From: a virus
Taxonomy: Duplodnaviria > Caudoviricetes
Strand: one strand, 5' to 3'
IMG/VR virus record: IMGVR_UViG_3300017589_000105
Span: 1-38,988 of that record
DNA length: 38,988 nucleotides
Shown piece by piece: positions 1 to 9,706 of the stretch. How positions within the stretch are numbered: position 1 is the stretch's first letter; the number at the start of each line of letters is the position of its first letter. The notes under the pieces were generated by a model that did no database searches, had not been told where the DNA came from, and saw only the letters and a list, made by a program, of their open reading frames with translations. Made by a program: the position numbers and the translations under genes.

Positions 1-99
1 GAGCCGCCGAAAAATAATTTGATCGATGCGGATCTGTTGCTCGTTCAAATAGGATTGATGCAGCAGACCTATTTCAGCCTTGCAAAGACCAGGAGCGGT
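1..99. repeat. 99-bp terminal direct repeat (copy 1); circular assembly overlap
   Basis: Identical to 38890-38988; an ORF reads through the join. Confidence 0.95.
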
Positions 100-186
100 A
101 AAGGCGAACCGAGAGGATACTGCCGGGCGCTCAAGGACATCGAAGCGATGATCAGGGACATGAAAGATACTGAGGTAGCCAAATGA
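1..186 (+). CDS. 3' part of a 77-aa hypothetical protein spanning the circular junction
   Basis: Frame is open from ATG 38842 through the repeat to TGA 184-186, which overlaps the next ATG (ATGA coupling). Confidence 0.8.
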   Translation, partial: EPPKNNLIDADLLLVQIGLMQQTYFSLAKTRSGKGEPRGYCRALKDIEAMIRDMKDTEVAK

Positions 187-500
187 AATTACCTGCATAC
201 ATAAAGAGGAGGAAGCTCACATTGCCGGAAGAAGAACATAACAAAATGATGGGTCAGTTTCAGGAGAAAGTTTTTGAGCTTGGCTTGACGATGAAATGCA
301 ATAACGGTGTGTATGGGATTTACATGGATGGCATGCGCGTTTATTCCCTTAGCAAAAGGACTTACAAGTACAACAGACATTTGTATGCCAAACAAACAAC
401 GGACGATCGCATAGAGCTTCTGGAAATCGTTCTGTACAACTACTTTGGCCCTGGGGGAAAGGGAAGTTCGCTGATCACTCCGAAGAAGGCGGGTGACTGA
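183..500 (+). CDS. Hypothetical phage protein
   Basis: GAGGT RBS, coupled to both neighbours. Confidence 0.8.
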   Translation: MKLPAYIKRRKLTLPEEEHNKMMGQFQEKVFELGLTMKCNNGVYGIYMDGMRVYSLSKRTYKYNRHLYAKQTTDDRIELLEIVLYNYFGPGGKGSSLITPKKAGD

Positions 501-825
501 TGTGGCATTCTCAAACGAATTTTATGATTATCTGGAGGAACTGCCCGAAAAATGGGAACTGCTGCCGAATGACGATATCCGCATCATAAAGTTGCACGCA
601 CTCGCTGGGGTAGAAGTAGGCAAAAAGATTAGCGGCTACGAGCGCAAAATTAAGCCCATTCACATATTTAAAGATGGCGTGCTTGTGATGACTGCGCAGC
701 GCATTTGCGAGGCGGAGGCATGTGTCAACAGTAAGCGGGATTCTATTTACAAGTGTCTACGCGGAGAACGCAGGAGCGTGAAAGGGTACACGTTCGAATA
801 TGCAGAAAGAGGTGGATGTAATTGA
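493..825 (+). CDS. Protein with C-terminal NUMOD1-like HTH DNA-binding motif
   Basis: ICEAEACVNSKRDSIYKCLRGERRSVKGYTFEY resembles NUMOD1/IENR1 modules. Confidence 0.6.
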   Translation: MTDVAFSNEFYDYLEELPEKWELLPNDDIRIIKLHALAGVEVGKKISGYERKIKPIHIFKDGVLVMTAQRICEAEACVNSKRDSIYKCLRGERRSVKGYTFEYAERGGCN

Positions 826-1367
826 CGGAACAAATACCAGAAAAATGGATTGAAGTTATTACAACAACGGTGCTGAGAGAGCAGAAGAAACAAGAGAGTA
901 TCGCTTCCAAGGAACAACATGATCGACGGTTTCGAAATACCGAACTCCTCGTGAAAAATTACCGCAAGCTGAGCGCGCATTGCGAGAACTTGCCGGAGCA
1001 AATTGGAATCATACATCAAGAGATTGATATGGGATTGCTGGAACACATTGACCTGAATCTGAAAGAGGTCATGAAGTCCAAGCAGAAAACAAAAATGATC
1101 ATGGATTATATCGATGCCATGCTACTGGCATACAAATCATTGGCAGAGCGAGGCGGAGAAGTCGCAAACCGCAGGCATAAGGTTCTTCGTGATATGTACC
1201 TAAAACCTGATTACGAAAATCCAACAACGTTGATGGAACGCTACGGCGTCGAAAAGACGACTTTATATAAAGACTTGAAGAAGGCCATTGAAGAGTTTTC
1301 CGTTGTCCTCTTCGGAATTGATGCCTATGTATTGCAGGCAAGCGGAAAAAGAGTGGACGAAAGGTGA
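822..1367 (+). CDS. ArpU/RinA-like late transcriptional activator
   Basis: Last early gene before the terminase; C-terminal sigma-region-4-like HTH (LMERYGVEKTTLYKDLKKAIEEFSVVLFG). Confidence 0.75.
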   Translation: MTEQIPEKWIEVITTTVLREQKKQESIASKEQHDRRFRNTELLVKNYRKLSAHCENLPEQIGIIHQEIDMGLLEHIDLNLKEVMKSKQKTKMIMDYIDAMLLAYKSLAERGGEVANRRHKVLRDMYLKPDYENPTTLMERYGVEKTTLYKDLKKAIEEFSVVLFGIDAYVLQASGKRVDER

Positions 1368-1385
1368 ACTAAAAAGGTATATACT
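1342..1385 (+). promoter_or_regulatory. Putative late promoter: three degenerate 11-bp tandem repeats plus -10 TATACT
   Basis: GCGGAAAAAGA/GTGGACGAAAG/GTGAACTAAAA at 1342-1374, TATACT at 1380-1385, no good -35. Confidence 0.5.
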
Positions 1386-1440
1386 GTCTTTGAAGGGGTC
1401 TGCGAAAAAACAGACTCCGCAATCTCCTTTTTATTTATTT

Positions 1441-1466
1441 ACCCCGCACATTTGTGTGGGGTTTTT
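1441..1466 (+). terminator. Intrinsic terminator
   Basis: ACCCCGCACA-TT-TGTGTGGGGT followed by a T run. Confidence 0.65.
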
Positions 1467-1504
1467 GGTATAATATTGTAAACGATATTAAAGGTGGTGC
1501 ATCA

Positions 1505-1852
1505 ATGGGGTATAGCGATATTAAAGAAATGTTAAAAGATGCAAGAAATATAGCGACGGGAGCAAATGATTTACAATTGCTGTCAAAGCTACTCGAAATT
1601 CAAGCAGCAGTATATGATCTCTATGATGAAAATAGAGAATTGAGGATTCAACTGGAAGAAGCAGAGAGAAACGATCAGATTGGTAGTGAATTAGAGTATA
1701 AAGAGGAGTCCTACTTTCGAAAGGGTGAAGGACCTTACTGTACTCGATGCTGGGATGTAGATAATAAATTAGTTAGAAAGAAAGTGACCACGATTGGTAT
1801 GGAAACGAGGCAAGGAAAGTATAAATGCCTTAATTGTAAGCAAATATCATGA
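1505..1852 (+). CDS. Moron-like coiled-coil plus Zn-ribbon protein
   Basis: Own extended -10 TGgTATAAT at 1466-1474, AAGGTGG RBS, CTRC...CLNC motif. Confidence 0.8.
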   Translation: MGYSDIKEMLKDARNIATGANDLQLLSKLLEIQAAVYDLYDENRELRIQLEEAERNDQIGSELEYKEESYFRKGEGPYCTRCWDVDNKLVRKKVTTIGMETRQGKYKCLNCKQIS

Positions 1853-1867
1853 ATGGCCCTGTTTGTT

Positions 1868-1892
1868 AGACCTCATTCGAGGTCTTTTTTTT
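1868..1892 (+). terminator. Intrinsic terminator
   Basis: AGACCTC-ATTC-GAGGTCT followed by a T run. Confidence 0.75.
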
Positions 1893-1922
1893 ATTAATAA
1901 AATTAGGAGGTGGTGAGATTGG

Positions 1923-2666
1923 TTGGTGGACAAAAGAGAAGAGGCGCAACGTGATTACCTAGCCGGGATGAAGTACAAGGACATAGCTGAGAAATATGGT
2001 GTGTCCATCAATACCGTGAAGTCATGGAAGCAACGTGATGGGTGGAGCCGAGACGGTGCGAAAAAGGGTGCACACAAAATCGAAAAGGGTGCACACAAAA
2101 AAATAGCGCCCAAAGCGAAAGAGATTTTGCAAGAAACTGATCTGGAGGATTGGGAAGAAATCTTCTGTCTTGAGTACCTGAAGTGTTTCAATAAGACAAA
2201 GGCATACCAGAAGGCTAGGCCAGACGTTACCTATAAATCAGCTATGGAACTAGGGTCCCGCAAGTTTGGTGAAATCAAGATTCAGGAACGTTTAGCTGAG
2301 CTGAAAGAGGCCAAGAATGAACAGCTATTCATACAGGCGACTGACATCGATGAACACTGGGCCCGCCAGGCCTTTGCTGATGTCTCCGATTTTGTTGAGT
2401 TCGGGACAGAGACGGTCGCATCAATCGATGACGAGGGGAATTTCCGTGAGGATATCAAGAACTTTGTACGATTCAAAGATGCGTCTGAGGTTGATGGCAG
2501 CTTGATACAAGAGATTAAGATGGGCCGAGATGGACCAGTCATCAAACTGTACGACAAACAGAAGGCGATGCAGGAGCTGCAGAAGCGTCTTGGTGACGGA
2601 AATAGCGGCAAGCAGATAATCATCAACAATCCGTGGGGGGTGCCGTATGGACCCAAACCAGATTGA
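1923..2666 (+). CDS. terS: Terminase small subunit
   Basis: N-terminal HTH ([21 protein letters not shown]), [18 protein letters not shown] motif, [10 protein letters not shown]-terminus; directly upstream of TerL. Confidence 0.9.
   Translation: MVDKREEAQRDYLAGMKYKDIAEKYGVSINTVKSWKQRDGWSRDGAKKGAHKIEKGAHKKIAPKAKEILQETDLEDWEEIFCLEYLKCFNKTKAYQKARPDVTYKSAMELGSRKFGEIKIQERLAELKEAKNEQLFIQATDIDEHWARQAFADVSDFVEFGTETVASIDDEGNFREDIKNFVRFKDASEVDGSLIQEIKMGRDGPVIKLYDKQKAMQELQKRLGDGNSGKQIIINNPWGVPYGPKPD
2062..2100. repeat. 18-bp direct repeat (21-bp period) inside terS; candidate pac element
   Basis: AAAAGGGTGCACACAAAA at 2062-2079 and 2083-2100. Confidence 0.6.
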
Positions 2667-3957
2667 CATAACCAAAGAGGTTAACCCGAACTTCCAATCC
2701 GTGTGGACAACGGACAAGCCGTTTAACATTTTAAAGGGTGGGCGTAACTCGTTTAAGTCCTCCGTGATAGCGCTGCTGTTGGCGTTCATGATGATCTTGT
2801 ATATTCAGATCGGCGAAAAAGCGAACATCGTTGTGATCAGGAAAGTCGGCAATACGATTCGCGATTCCGTGTTCCGGAAGATTCAATGGGCATTGGGCAA
2901 ATTCCTTATCCTTGATGAGTTTGATTGTACAGTATCGCCGTTCAAGATAAAGCACAAGGGGACTGGGTCGACATTCTACTTCTACGGTCAGGATGATTTC
3001 AGTAAATTGAAATCAAATGATATCGGGAACTTAATCGCGGTCTGGTATGAGGAAGCCGCTGAGTTCAAGAGTGAGGAAGAATTTGACCAAACGAACGTGA
3101 CGTTTATGAGGCAGGTGCATCCGCGGGCTGACATGGTCCGTTTCTTCTGGTCATATAACCCGCCACGCAATCCATACGAATGGATAAACGAATGGGCCGA
3201 AAAAATGAAGGCTGAGGACGATTATCTCGTTCATGAATCAAGTTATCTGGATGATGAGTTAGGCTTCGTGACAGCTCAAATGCTGGACGATATCGAGCGG
3301 ATTAAGCGTAATGACTATGACTATTACCGCTATATCTATTTGGGTGAGTCGGTAGGGCTAGGAACGAATGTTTATAATGCCAATCTGCTGCAGCCGTTGG
3401 ACAAGCTGCCTGATGATGAGTACATCGTATATCTCGCCTATTCGACAGATAGCGGGCATCAGGTTTCGGCCACTGCCACGTTGTGCGTTGGGTACACGAA
3501 CAAACAAAACGTCATCTTGCTGGATACGAGTTATTACTCGCCGATGGGAAAGGTTAACAAAAAGGCGCCTAGTCAGATGTCGAAAGACTTGAACGCGTTT
3601 GTGACGAACACAAGCAAGCGCTGGGGCAAGCCGATTGAGTTGGAATTGATTGACTCAGCCGAGGGCGCATTGCGTAACCAATACTATCTGGATTACAAGG
3701 TGCGGTTGCATCCGGTCAACAAGAAGAAAAAAGTTGTGATGATTGACTCAATGCACGATTTAATGGCGCAAGGGCGATTGTATTATTTGAATAACAAAAA
3801 CAACGAGATATTTGTCGACGAACACCGCAAGTACATGTGGGATGAAAAAACGGTACACACTGAGAATCCGGAAGTCATCAAGATTGATGATCACACGTGC
3901 GATGCCGCACAGTATTTGGTAGTTACGATGGCGAGCCGTTGGGGTTTACGTGTATAG
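2647..3957 (+). CDS. terL: Terminase large subunit (PBSX/SPP1-type, headful)
   Basis: Walker A GGRNSFKS, Walker B WYEEAAE, SYNPP coupling motif, nuclease DDHTCDA. Confidence 0.95.
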   Translation: MDPNQIDITKEVNPNFQSVWTTDKPFNILKGGRNSFKSSVIALLLAFMMILYIQIGEKANIVVIRKVGNTIRDSVFRKIQWALGKFLILDEFDCTVSPFKIKHKGTGSTFYFYGQDDFSKLKSNDIGNLIAVWYEEAAEFKSEEEFDQTNVTFMRQVHPRADMVRFFWSYNPPRNPYEWINEWAEKMKAEDDYLVHESSYLDDELGFVTAQMLDDIERIKRNDYDYYRYIYLGESVGLGTNVYNANLLQPLDKLPDDEYIVYLAYSTDSGHQVSATATLCVGYTNKQNVILLDTSYYSPMGKVNKKAPSQMSKDLNAFVTNTSKRWGKPIELELIDSAEGALRNQYYLDYKVRLHPVNKKKKVVMIDSMHDLMAQGRLYYLNNKNNEIFVDEHRKYMWDEKTVHTENPEVIKIDDHTCDAAQYLVVTMASRWGLRV

Positions 3958-3969
3958 AGGAGGTGCGGC

Positions 3970-5481
3970 ATGCGTTTTATAGACAGAATCAAAAGTTTAT
4001 TTAGGCGAGGAGGTGCGAAAGTGGGAATGGTAAGCACATTGGAGACGGTATTGGACCACCCAAAGATTAATGGGGACAAAAAGGAATACGCGCGGATCAA
4101 TCGCTCGTTGCTGTATTACGAGGGCGCGCATCCGAATATCAAGTATAAGAACAGCAACAAGAATATGGTTGAGCGTGAGCCATCAACGATTAATATGCTG
4201 AAGAAGGTCGCGAACGAATATGCATCGGTTGTTTTTAACGAGCAATGCGAAATCGAAGTGGACGGTCCTGCAGCTGACTTTATTGGCGCGGTGTTCGAAC
4301 ACAATGATTTTAAAAAGAATTTCAGCAAGTATCTGGAGCCGATGTTTGCGCTTGGTGGACTTGCGTGCCGCCCGTATCTGGATACAGACACAAACCAAAT
4401 TGAGTTCTCCTGGGCGTTGGCAGATGCCTTCTACCCGCTCGAAAGCAATACTAACAACATCAGCGAGTGCGCGATTCCATTTACCACGACGAGAGTAGAC
4501 GGAAAGCGGACGATCTATTACACGTTGTTGGAGTTTCATGAGTGGGATGGAGGTCGCTATGTCGTCACGAACGAACTGTACCGATCGGAACGCGAGGAAG
4601 CTGTCGGGGTTCGCGTGCCGCTGAGTGAGTTGTACGAGGATCTCGAAGAAGAAACGTTCTTCAACAATTTGACCCGCCCGATATTCGCTTACCTGAAGCC
4701 GAGTGGATTTAACAACATCAATCCGTATTCTCCGCTTGGGCTAGGTGTATGCGATAACGCACGGCACACGCTTGATCGGATTAATCGCACGTATGACGAG
4801 TTTGACCAGGAGATTAAAAAGGGCAAACGGCGCGTGGCAATCAGCGAGATGCTGATGAACAGCACTGTGGACAGAGAAACCGGACGCGTGGAGCAGTACT
4901 TTGACGAGGAAGAAGACATCTTCCAGATTATCCCGGGTGCTAACCTGGATGATATGACCATCAACGACTTGACGAGCGAAATCCGCACGCCGGAATACAT
5001 TTCCGCGATTAATTACCATCTCAAAACGTTGGAGATGGAAGTTGGGCTATCTGCCGGGACATTCACGTTTGATGCAAACGGCGTGAGAAGCACGAAGACG
5101 GCTACGGAGGTCGTGAGCGAGAACTCTCAAACTTATAAAACGCGATCGATGCAGATTACAGAAGTCGATAAGTTTATCAAAGAGTTGGTCGTTTCCGTCT
5201 GCGAATTAGGCAAGGCGCTGAAGGTATACAACGGCGTTATTCCTGCCTTCGATGATATCGGTGTTTCGTTTGATGATGGCGCGTTCCAAGATAAGGATGC
5301 ACAGCTTGCGTTTTACATGAAGTTGGTTACCTTGGGTTACCCAATCGAAAAAGTATTCGAGAAGGTGCTTAAATTGCCGGAAGAAGAAGCGTTGGCGCTA
5401 TATCAGTCCGGCATGCAGCAACAAGCGAATCGCACGACGGGCATGTTCAACGATATGGGGCTGCCCGAGGAGGTTGAATGA
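3970..5481 (+). CDS. Portal protein (A118/SPP1 gp6-like)
   Basis: 503 aa after TerL; NNINPYSPLGL and KTATEVVSENS motifs. Confidence 0.93.
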   Translation: MRFIDRIKSLFRRGGAKVGMVSTLETVLDHPKINGDKKEYARINRSLLYYEGAHPNIKYKNSNKNMVEREPSTINMLKKVANEYASVVFNEQCEIEVDGPAADFIGAVFEHNDFKKNFSKYLEPMFALGGLACRPYLDTDTNQIEFSWALADAFYPLESNTNNISECAIPFTTTRVDGKRTIYYTLLEFHEWDGGRYVVTNELYRSEREEAVGVRVPLSELYEDLEEETFFNNLTRPIFAYLKPSGFNNINPYSPLGLGVCDNARHTLDRINRTYDEFDQEIKKGKRRVAISEMLMNSTVDRETGRVEQYFDEEEDIFQIIPGANLDDMTINDLTSEIRTPEYISAINYHLKTLEMEVGLSAGTFTFDANGVRSTKTATEVVSENSQTYKTRSMQITEVDKFIKELVVSVCELGKALKVYNGVIPAFDDIGVSFDDGAFQDKDAQLAFYMKLVTLGYPIEKVFEKVLKLPEEEALALYQSGMQQQANRTTGMFNDMGLPEEVE

Positions 5482-5723
5482 TGAAGTATGTGGAACACAA
5501 CATCAATAACCGCGTTAAAGTAAAGCTAACTGAAGATGGGCAGAACATTGTGAAAGAGCGTTATTCGAAAATGCGTGGTTATGATGTGTCTATAAAAACG
5601 GATGACGAAGGGTACGCTTCATTTCAAACCCATGAATTTATGAGGATTTTTGGAAATCATGTTTCATTGGGTTGCAAACTGCCTTTCGATGCATGTGTAT
5701 TAATTGAAACCACTGAGGGGTGA
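5478..5723 (+). CDS. Hypothetical protein inserted in the head operon
   Basis: GAGGAGG RBS, overlaps the portal stop. Confidence 0.75.
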   Translation: MMKYVEHNINNRVKVKLTEDGQNIVKERYSKMRGYDVSIKTDDEGYASFQTHEFMRIFGNHVSLGCKLPFDACVLIETTEG

Positions 5724-5728
5724 GGTAA

Positions 5729-5992
5729 ATGAAAGCTAGAAAGAAACCGGTTGTAATTGAGTTTGTTAGATATGACGGTAAGAACGAACACAAAGTGAAA
5801 GCTTTTGTAGGTGCTTATCTGAATATCCAACAAGACCATTACGCTTCCGAGGTTATAGAGTTGCATATAGAAACTTTAGAGGGTCAGATGAGAGTTAGCG
5901 TTGGAGATTATGTTATCAAGGGCGTAAATGGTGAATTTTATCCATGCAAGCCTGGTATATTCGAGAAGACATACGACATCATCGGGGAGTGA
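5729..5992 (+). CDS. Conserved small phage protein (KKPVVIE...TLEG...GDYVIKGVNGEFYPCKPGIFEKTY type)
   Basis: GAGGT RBS; recognisable widespread phage hypothetical motif. Confidence 0.8.
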   Translation: MKARKKPVVIEFVRYDGKNEHKVKAFVGAYLNIQQDHYASEVIELHIETLEGQMRVSVGDYVIKGVNGEFYPCKPGIFEKTYDIIGE

Positions 5993-5997
5993 GGCAA

Positions 5998-7143
5998 ATG
6001 GCTATCACACCACGGCAATTAGATATAAAAGGTGCATACATTCAGGACGCTTATGCTGCGCTTGAGAGCGAGATAATGCAGATGCTTATCAAGACCCTCA
6101 AAGCAAAGACAAGCGTCGAATTGGACGGAGATACCGTGTTCCAGTGGCAATTGGAGAAGTTGAACCAGCTAGGCATGCTGAACATGGATAAAGTTGCGGA
6201 ACTGGCAGAGCAAGCTGCGTCCGTGAGCAAGAAGCAGTTAGAGGAGATGATACTGAAAGATGGGTATCAAATCGGGACGGCTGCCAATCAAGAATTCGCT
6301 AACCTGATGAATACGGATGTAAAGCCATGGACCAACCTTGATCAGATTCTTAATGGCTACTTCGATAGCCAATGGCTGGACTTGGATAATCACGTGAATC
6401 AAACGCTCGTCAGCACGAACTACAACAACACATTGGCTAAGGCGTACCAACAAACACTGAATGACACTGTTGCGAAGGTTGTGACTGGCTTCCAAACGCC
6501 AGATAAAGCCTTCAGGAGTTCGGTCTATGCGATGGTGGATAAAGGTTTAGAAACGGACTTTATCGACAAAGGCGGCAATCCGTGGAGCGTTGAGCGCTAT
6601 GTGCGGACGGTTATCAAGTCCACGACACAACGCGTGTTCAATGACTTGCGGCTAGAGCGATCCAAAGAGTACGGCATTGTGACAGCTTTGGTCAGTACAC
6701 ATGCGGCCGCGCGTGAGATGTGCAGCCACATCCAAGGTGGTTGGGTGCTGATGGTCAGGACGGACGAAGCGCCTGCCGAATTGCAGTACATCAAATCTAT
6801 TTACGATTACGGCTACGGAACGCCAAACGGAACACGAGGTATTAACTGCTCGCATCGTTTCTATCCGGCCGTTCCTGGCATCAACACGAACAACATGCCG
6901 GAGCCGTTGCCGCCAAAGGAAGCACAAGCGAACGCTGAGATAGTAGCCAAGCAAAGGCGGATGGAGGTTGCAGTGCGGAAGGCGAAGCAATCGCTAAAGG
7001 CAGCCGAAACGCTCGGCAACAAGAGTGATATCGAGCACTTCAATCAATTGATACGCAAACGCCAAGGCGCGCTGAGGAAACTGATCAGTGACAATGAGGG
7101 CTTGCTGCATCGTGATTATTCAAGGGAGTTCGTGCACGAGTAG
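5998..7143 (+). CDS. Minor capsid protein (Phage_min_cap2, A118 gp4-like)
   Basis: Start moved to ATG 5998 (GGAGTGAGG RBS); HAAAREMC...GINCSH motif. Confidence 0.88.
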   Translation: MAITPRQLDIKGAYIQDAYAALESEIMQMLIKTLKAKTSVELDGDTVFQWQLEKLNQLGMLNMDKVAELAEQAASVSKKQLEEMILKDGYQIGTAANQEFANLMNTDVKPWTNLDQILNGYFDSQWLDLDNHVNQTLVSTNYNNTLAKAYQQTLNDTVAKVVTGFQTPDKAFRSSVYAMVDKGLETDFIDKGGNPWSVERYVRTVIKSTTQRVFNDLRLERSKEYGIVTALVSTHAAAREMCSHIQGGWVLMVRTDEAPAELQYIKSIYDYGYGTPNGTRGINCSHRFYPAVPGINTNNMPEPLPPKEAQANAEIVAKQRRMEVAVRKAKQSLKAAETLGNKSDIEHFNQLIRKRQGALRKLISDNEGLLHRDYSREFVHE

Positions 7144-7283
7144 GCACTGAAGGAGGTGAGAACCTTTCATGATGATACACCAAGCGACAAAGATCAATGT
7201 CCCAAGCTGTACACATTAGATAGGGGTAGTCCATATCTGCCAGCTAGTTGCTGACTAGCTGTTATATATCGAAGATAGAAAAT

Positions 7284-7308
7284 ATCCCACCTCATAATGA
7301 GATGGGAT
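7284..7308. terminator. Hairpin just downstream of the antisense gene
   Basis: ATCCCAcCTCAT-A-ATGAGaTGGGAT. Confidence 0.55.
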
Positions 7309-7313
7309 GGAAT

Positions 7314-7811
7314 TTATTCATCGATTTCAACGATTGAAACCGGAGTAATATTCTCGTCTGATAATAAATAAAAATCAAATTTTCTTTTTGTATCGAGGTT
7401 CTCGAGGTTATAAATACAATCGAAATTAATTTTTGGATTCAAGAAATCCTTTTCATACTGATAAGCGAATTCAACGATGTGACGGAAAACAGCTTCAGGA
7501 TTCGAAGCGTAGCTATCCAAGCTGTTATTATACGGATTTTTATTAGGACCGAAGACAAATTCGAAATACGCAGACCTAACCTCTTGTTTTTTATCGATGT
7601 TATCAATACTAAATACATTTATTTCTTTCTTGTGACCCATAATCGGAGAATAAGTGTAGGCATAATCCCTACGATATTCATCTTGCTTTAAAAAATTACC
7701 TGAATAAAAACTGTTTTCTATTTTAAATACAGTCTTGTACTGCTTAGCAGAAAAACTATTCAGTATCGTTTCAACCAAGTGCTCTATCATAATCATGTGT
7801 TTGTATCCCAT
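7314..7811 (-). CDS. AT-rich hypothetical protein, antisense moron
   Basis: GAGGTG RBS before ATG 7811; TTGAAT-16-TACAAT promoter at 7864-7837. Confidence 0.8.
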   Translation of the reverse strand: MGYKHMIMIEHLVETILNSFSAKQYKTVFKIENSFYSGNFLKQDEYRRDYAYTYSPIMGHKKEINVFSIDNIDKKQEVRSAYFEFVFGPNKNPYNNSLDSYASNPEAVFRHIVEFAYQYEKDFLNPKINFDCIYNLENLDTKRKFDFYLLSDENITPVSIVEIDE

Positions 7812-8021
7812 AATTTTCACCTCACTTTCAAAGTTAATTGTAGCGCTTTCGAAAAAATATTCAACTCATTGTTTAATTGATTTATCAAGTCACTGACAAC
7901 CCGGATTCTTTTCAGGTTATTAGTGGCTATTTTTATGTCTTTTGCGATTGCAGACATTAAAGAACAATCGCACCACTAAGAGATGCAAAACTCGTACAAA
8001 AGCGTATAGGGGGAAATAGTA

Positions 8022-8600
8022 ATGGATTTCAAAACGTACTTAGTTTCAAAGGGATTAACGGAAGAACAAGCAACCGCAATTGTGGCAGGTATGCCGGCTG
8101 AAAAAATTTACCTCGCAAGTGAGGAAAAGCTTGATGAACGTTACGCCAAGTTGAAACAACAAAAAGAACAGGCAGAGGAACAGTTAGCGTCGTATCAGAC
8201 GGAACTGGACACACTCAAAGAATCTGCCAAAGGTAATACCGATCTGACGAAACAACTGGCAGACATGCAAGTTAAATTCGACGAAGCCAAAACGGAATCT
8301 GAAACCAAGTTATCGCAACAACAGAAAGACTTCGCTATCAAGTTGGCGCTTAAAGAAGCCAATCCGCTTGATGAGAGCATCATTCTCGGGTTGTTGGATA
8401 AAGATACCATCAAGGTAACAGAGAGCGGTCTGCAAGGCTTTACGGAACAATTGGCGGGACTGAAAGAAAGCAAGGCGTTTTTGTTTCAGCAAGCAGCACC
8501 AGAAGAAAAAGCGCCGAATATCACACTGGGTGGAACGCCTAAAGGTGCAGGCGGCCAGCAACCGGATGCTTTTCAAGCAGCGGTACAAAAATTTAGTTAA
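8022..8600 (+). CDS. Capsid scaffolding protein (Phage_GP20-like)
   Basis: Coiled-coil, LKESKAFLF motif, precedes the capsid gene. Confidence 0.88.
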   Translation: MDFKTYLVSKGLTEEQATAIVAGMPAEKIYLASEEKLDERYAKLKQQKEQAEEQLASYQTELDTLKESAKGNTDLTKQLADMQVKFDEAKTESETKLSQQQKDFAIKLALKEANPLDESIILGLLDKDTIKVTESGLQGFTEQLAGLKESKAFLFQQAAPEEKAPNITLGGTPKGAGGQQPDAFQAAVQKFS

Positions 8601-8617
8601 CAGGAGAGAAAAAACTA

Positions 8618-9496
8618 ATGACGATTAAACTATACACAAAACAATATGCAGGCATGTTGCCAGAGTTATTCGCAAAAAAATCAGCGTTCTTGCGTTCATT
8701 CGGCGGAACGATCCAAGTCCTTCAAGGGGCAGAGGCAGACGCGAATTTCCTTAACCTTAAAATCACGGACACTGACGTTGTAATCCAATCCTATTCGACT
8801 GATGCAGCAACGGCATTCGGAGCCGGCACAGGCAGCACGAACCGTTTCGGCGCGCGTAAAGAAGTGAAATCGACTGACACACAAGTGGCATTTGATGCGC
8901 CATTGGCAATCCATGAAGGTATCGATAGCTACACGGTTAACGATATTCCGGAGCAAGTAGTTGCAGAACGTTTGGCATTGCATGCAGTCGCATGGGCAGC
9001 ACACTATGACGGCATCATGAGCGCAACTCTATCGGCTAACGCATCCGCAACATTGACTGAAACGGAACTAAGCGAAGCTGGCGTAACTTCTGCCTTTGCT
9101 GAAGCGCATAAGACTTTCGTGAACAACGGCGTATCTAATGCGATCGCTTGGGTTGCTTATGTTTCTGCGGATATCTACAACTTCCTGATCGATTCTAAAC
9201 TTGCGACAACGGATAAAAATTCGTCCGCAAACATCGACAATCAAACAATGTACAAATTCAAAGGGTTCGAATTGGTTGAATTGCCAGATGCTAAGTTCCA
9301 AACAGGTGAAAATGCTTACTTTGTAGCTGACAACGTAGGTGTTGCGGGCGTTGCGATTCCGGTTGCACGTACAATGGACTCCGAAGACTTTGCAGGCGTT
9401 GCATTGCAAGCTGCCGGAAAACTAGGCAAGTACATTCCAGTAAAAAACAAACCAGCAATCTTGAAAGCTGAATTGGTAGCAGTCCCAGCAGGCTAA
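8618..9496 (+). CDS. Major capsid protein
   Basis: 292 aa after the scaffold; FGAGTGSTNRFG motif; highly-expressed-type codon bias. Confidence 0.88.
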   Translation: MTIKLYTKQYAGMLPELFAKKSAFLRSFGGTIQVLQGAEADANFLNLKITDTDVVIQSYSTDAATAFGAGTGSTNRFGARKEVKSTDTQVAFDAPLAIHEGIDSYTVNDIPEQVVAERLALHAVAWAAHYDGIMSATLSANASATLTETELSEAGVTSAFAEAHKTFVNNGVSNAIAWVAYVSADIYNFLIDSKLATTDKNSSANIDNQTMYKFKGFELVELPDAKFQTGENAYFVADNVGVAGVAIPVARTMDSEDFAGVALQAAGKLGKYIPVKNKPAILKAELVAVPAG

Positions 9497-9514
9497 AAAC
9501 GGAGGTAAAACATA

Positions 9515-9706
9515 ATGGCTAAATTTAAAGCATTAAAGAAGTTTCGTGATATCCACACGAAAGAAATCTACAAACAGGGGGCCGTCATTGAAATGGCGGT
9601 CAAGCGAGCGGATGAGGTCAAAAAGAACCTTGGCGACACATTTTTGGAACGCATTGAAGAAAAGGACGATCAAGATAATAAAACTGATCAAGAGGGGGCT
9701 GAATAG
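9515..9706 (+). CDS. Small head-associated hypothetical protein
   Basis: GGAGGT RBS; usual position after the capsid gene. Confidence 0.75.
   Translation: MAKFKALKKFRDIHTKEIYKQGAVIEMAVKRADEVKKNLGDTFLERIEEKDDQDNKTDQEGAE

Noticed and set aside
9480-9520. A118-style +1 frameshift extending the capsid (also checked at the major tail end)
   Set aside because: No CCC-TAA-type site and no downstream Ig-like ORF; the next gene has its own RBS and is separated by two in-frame stops
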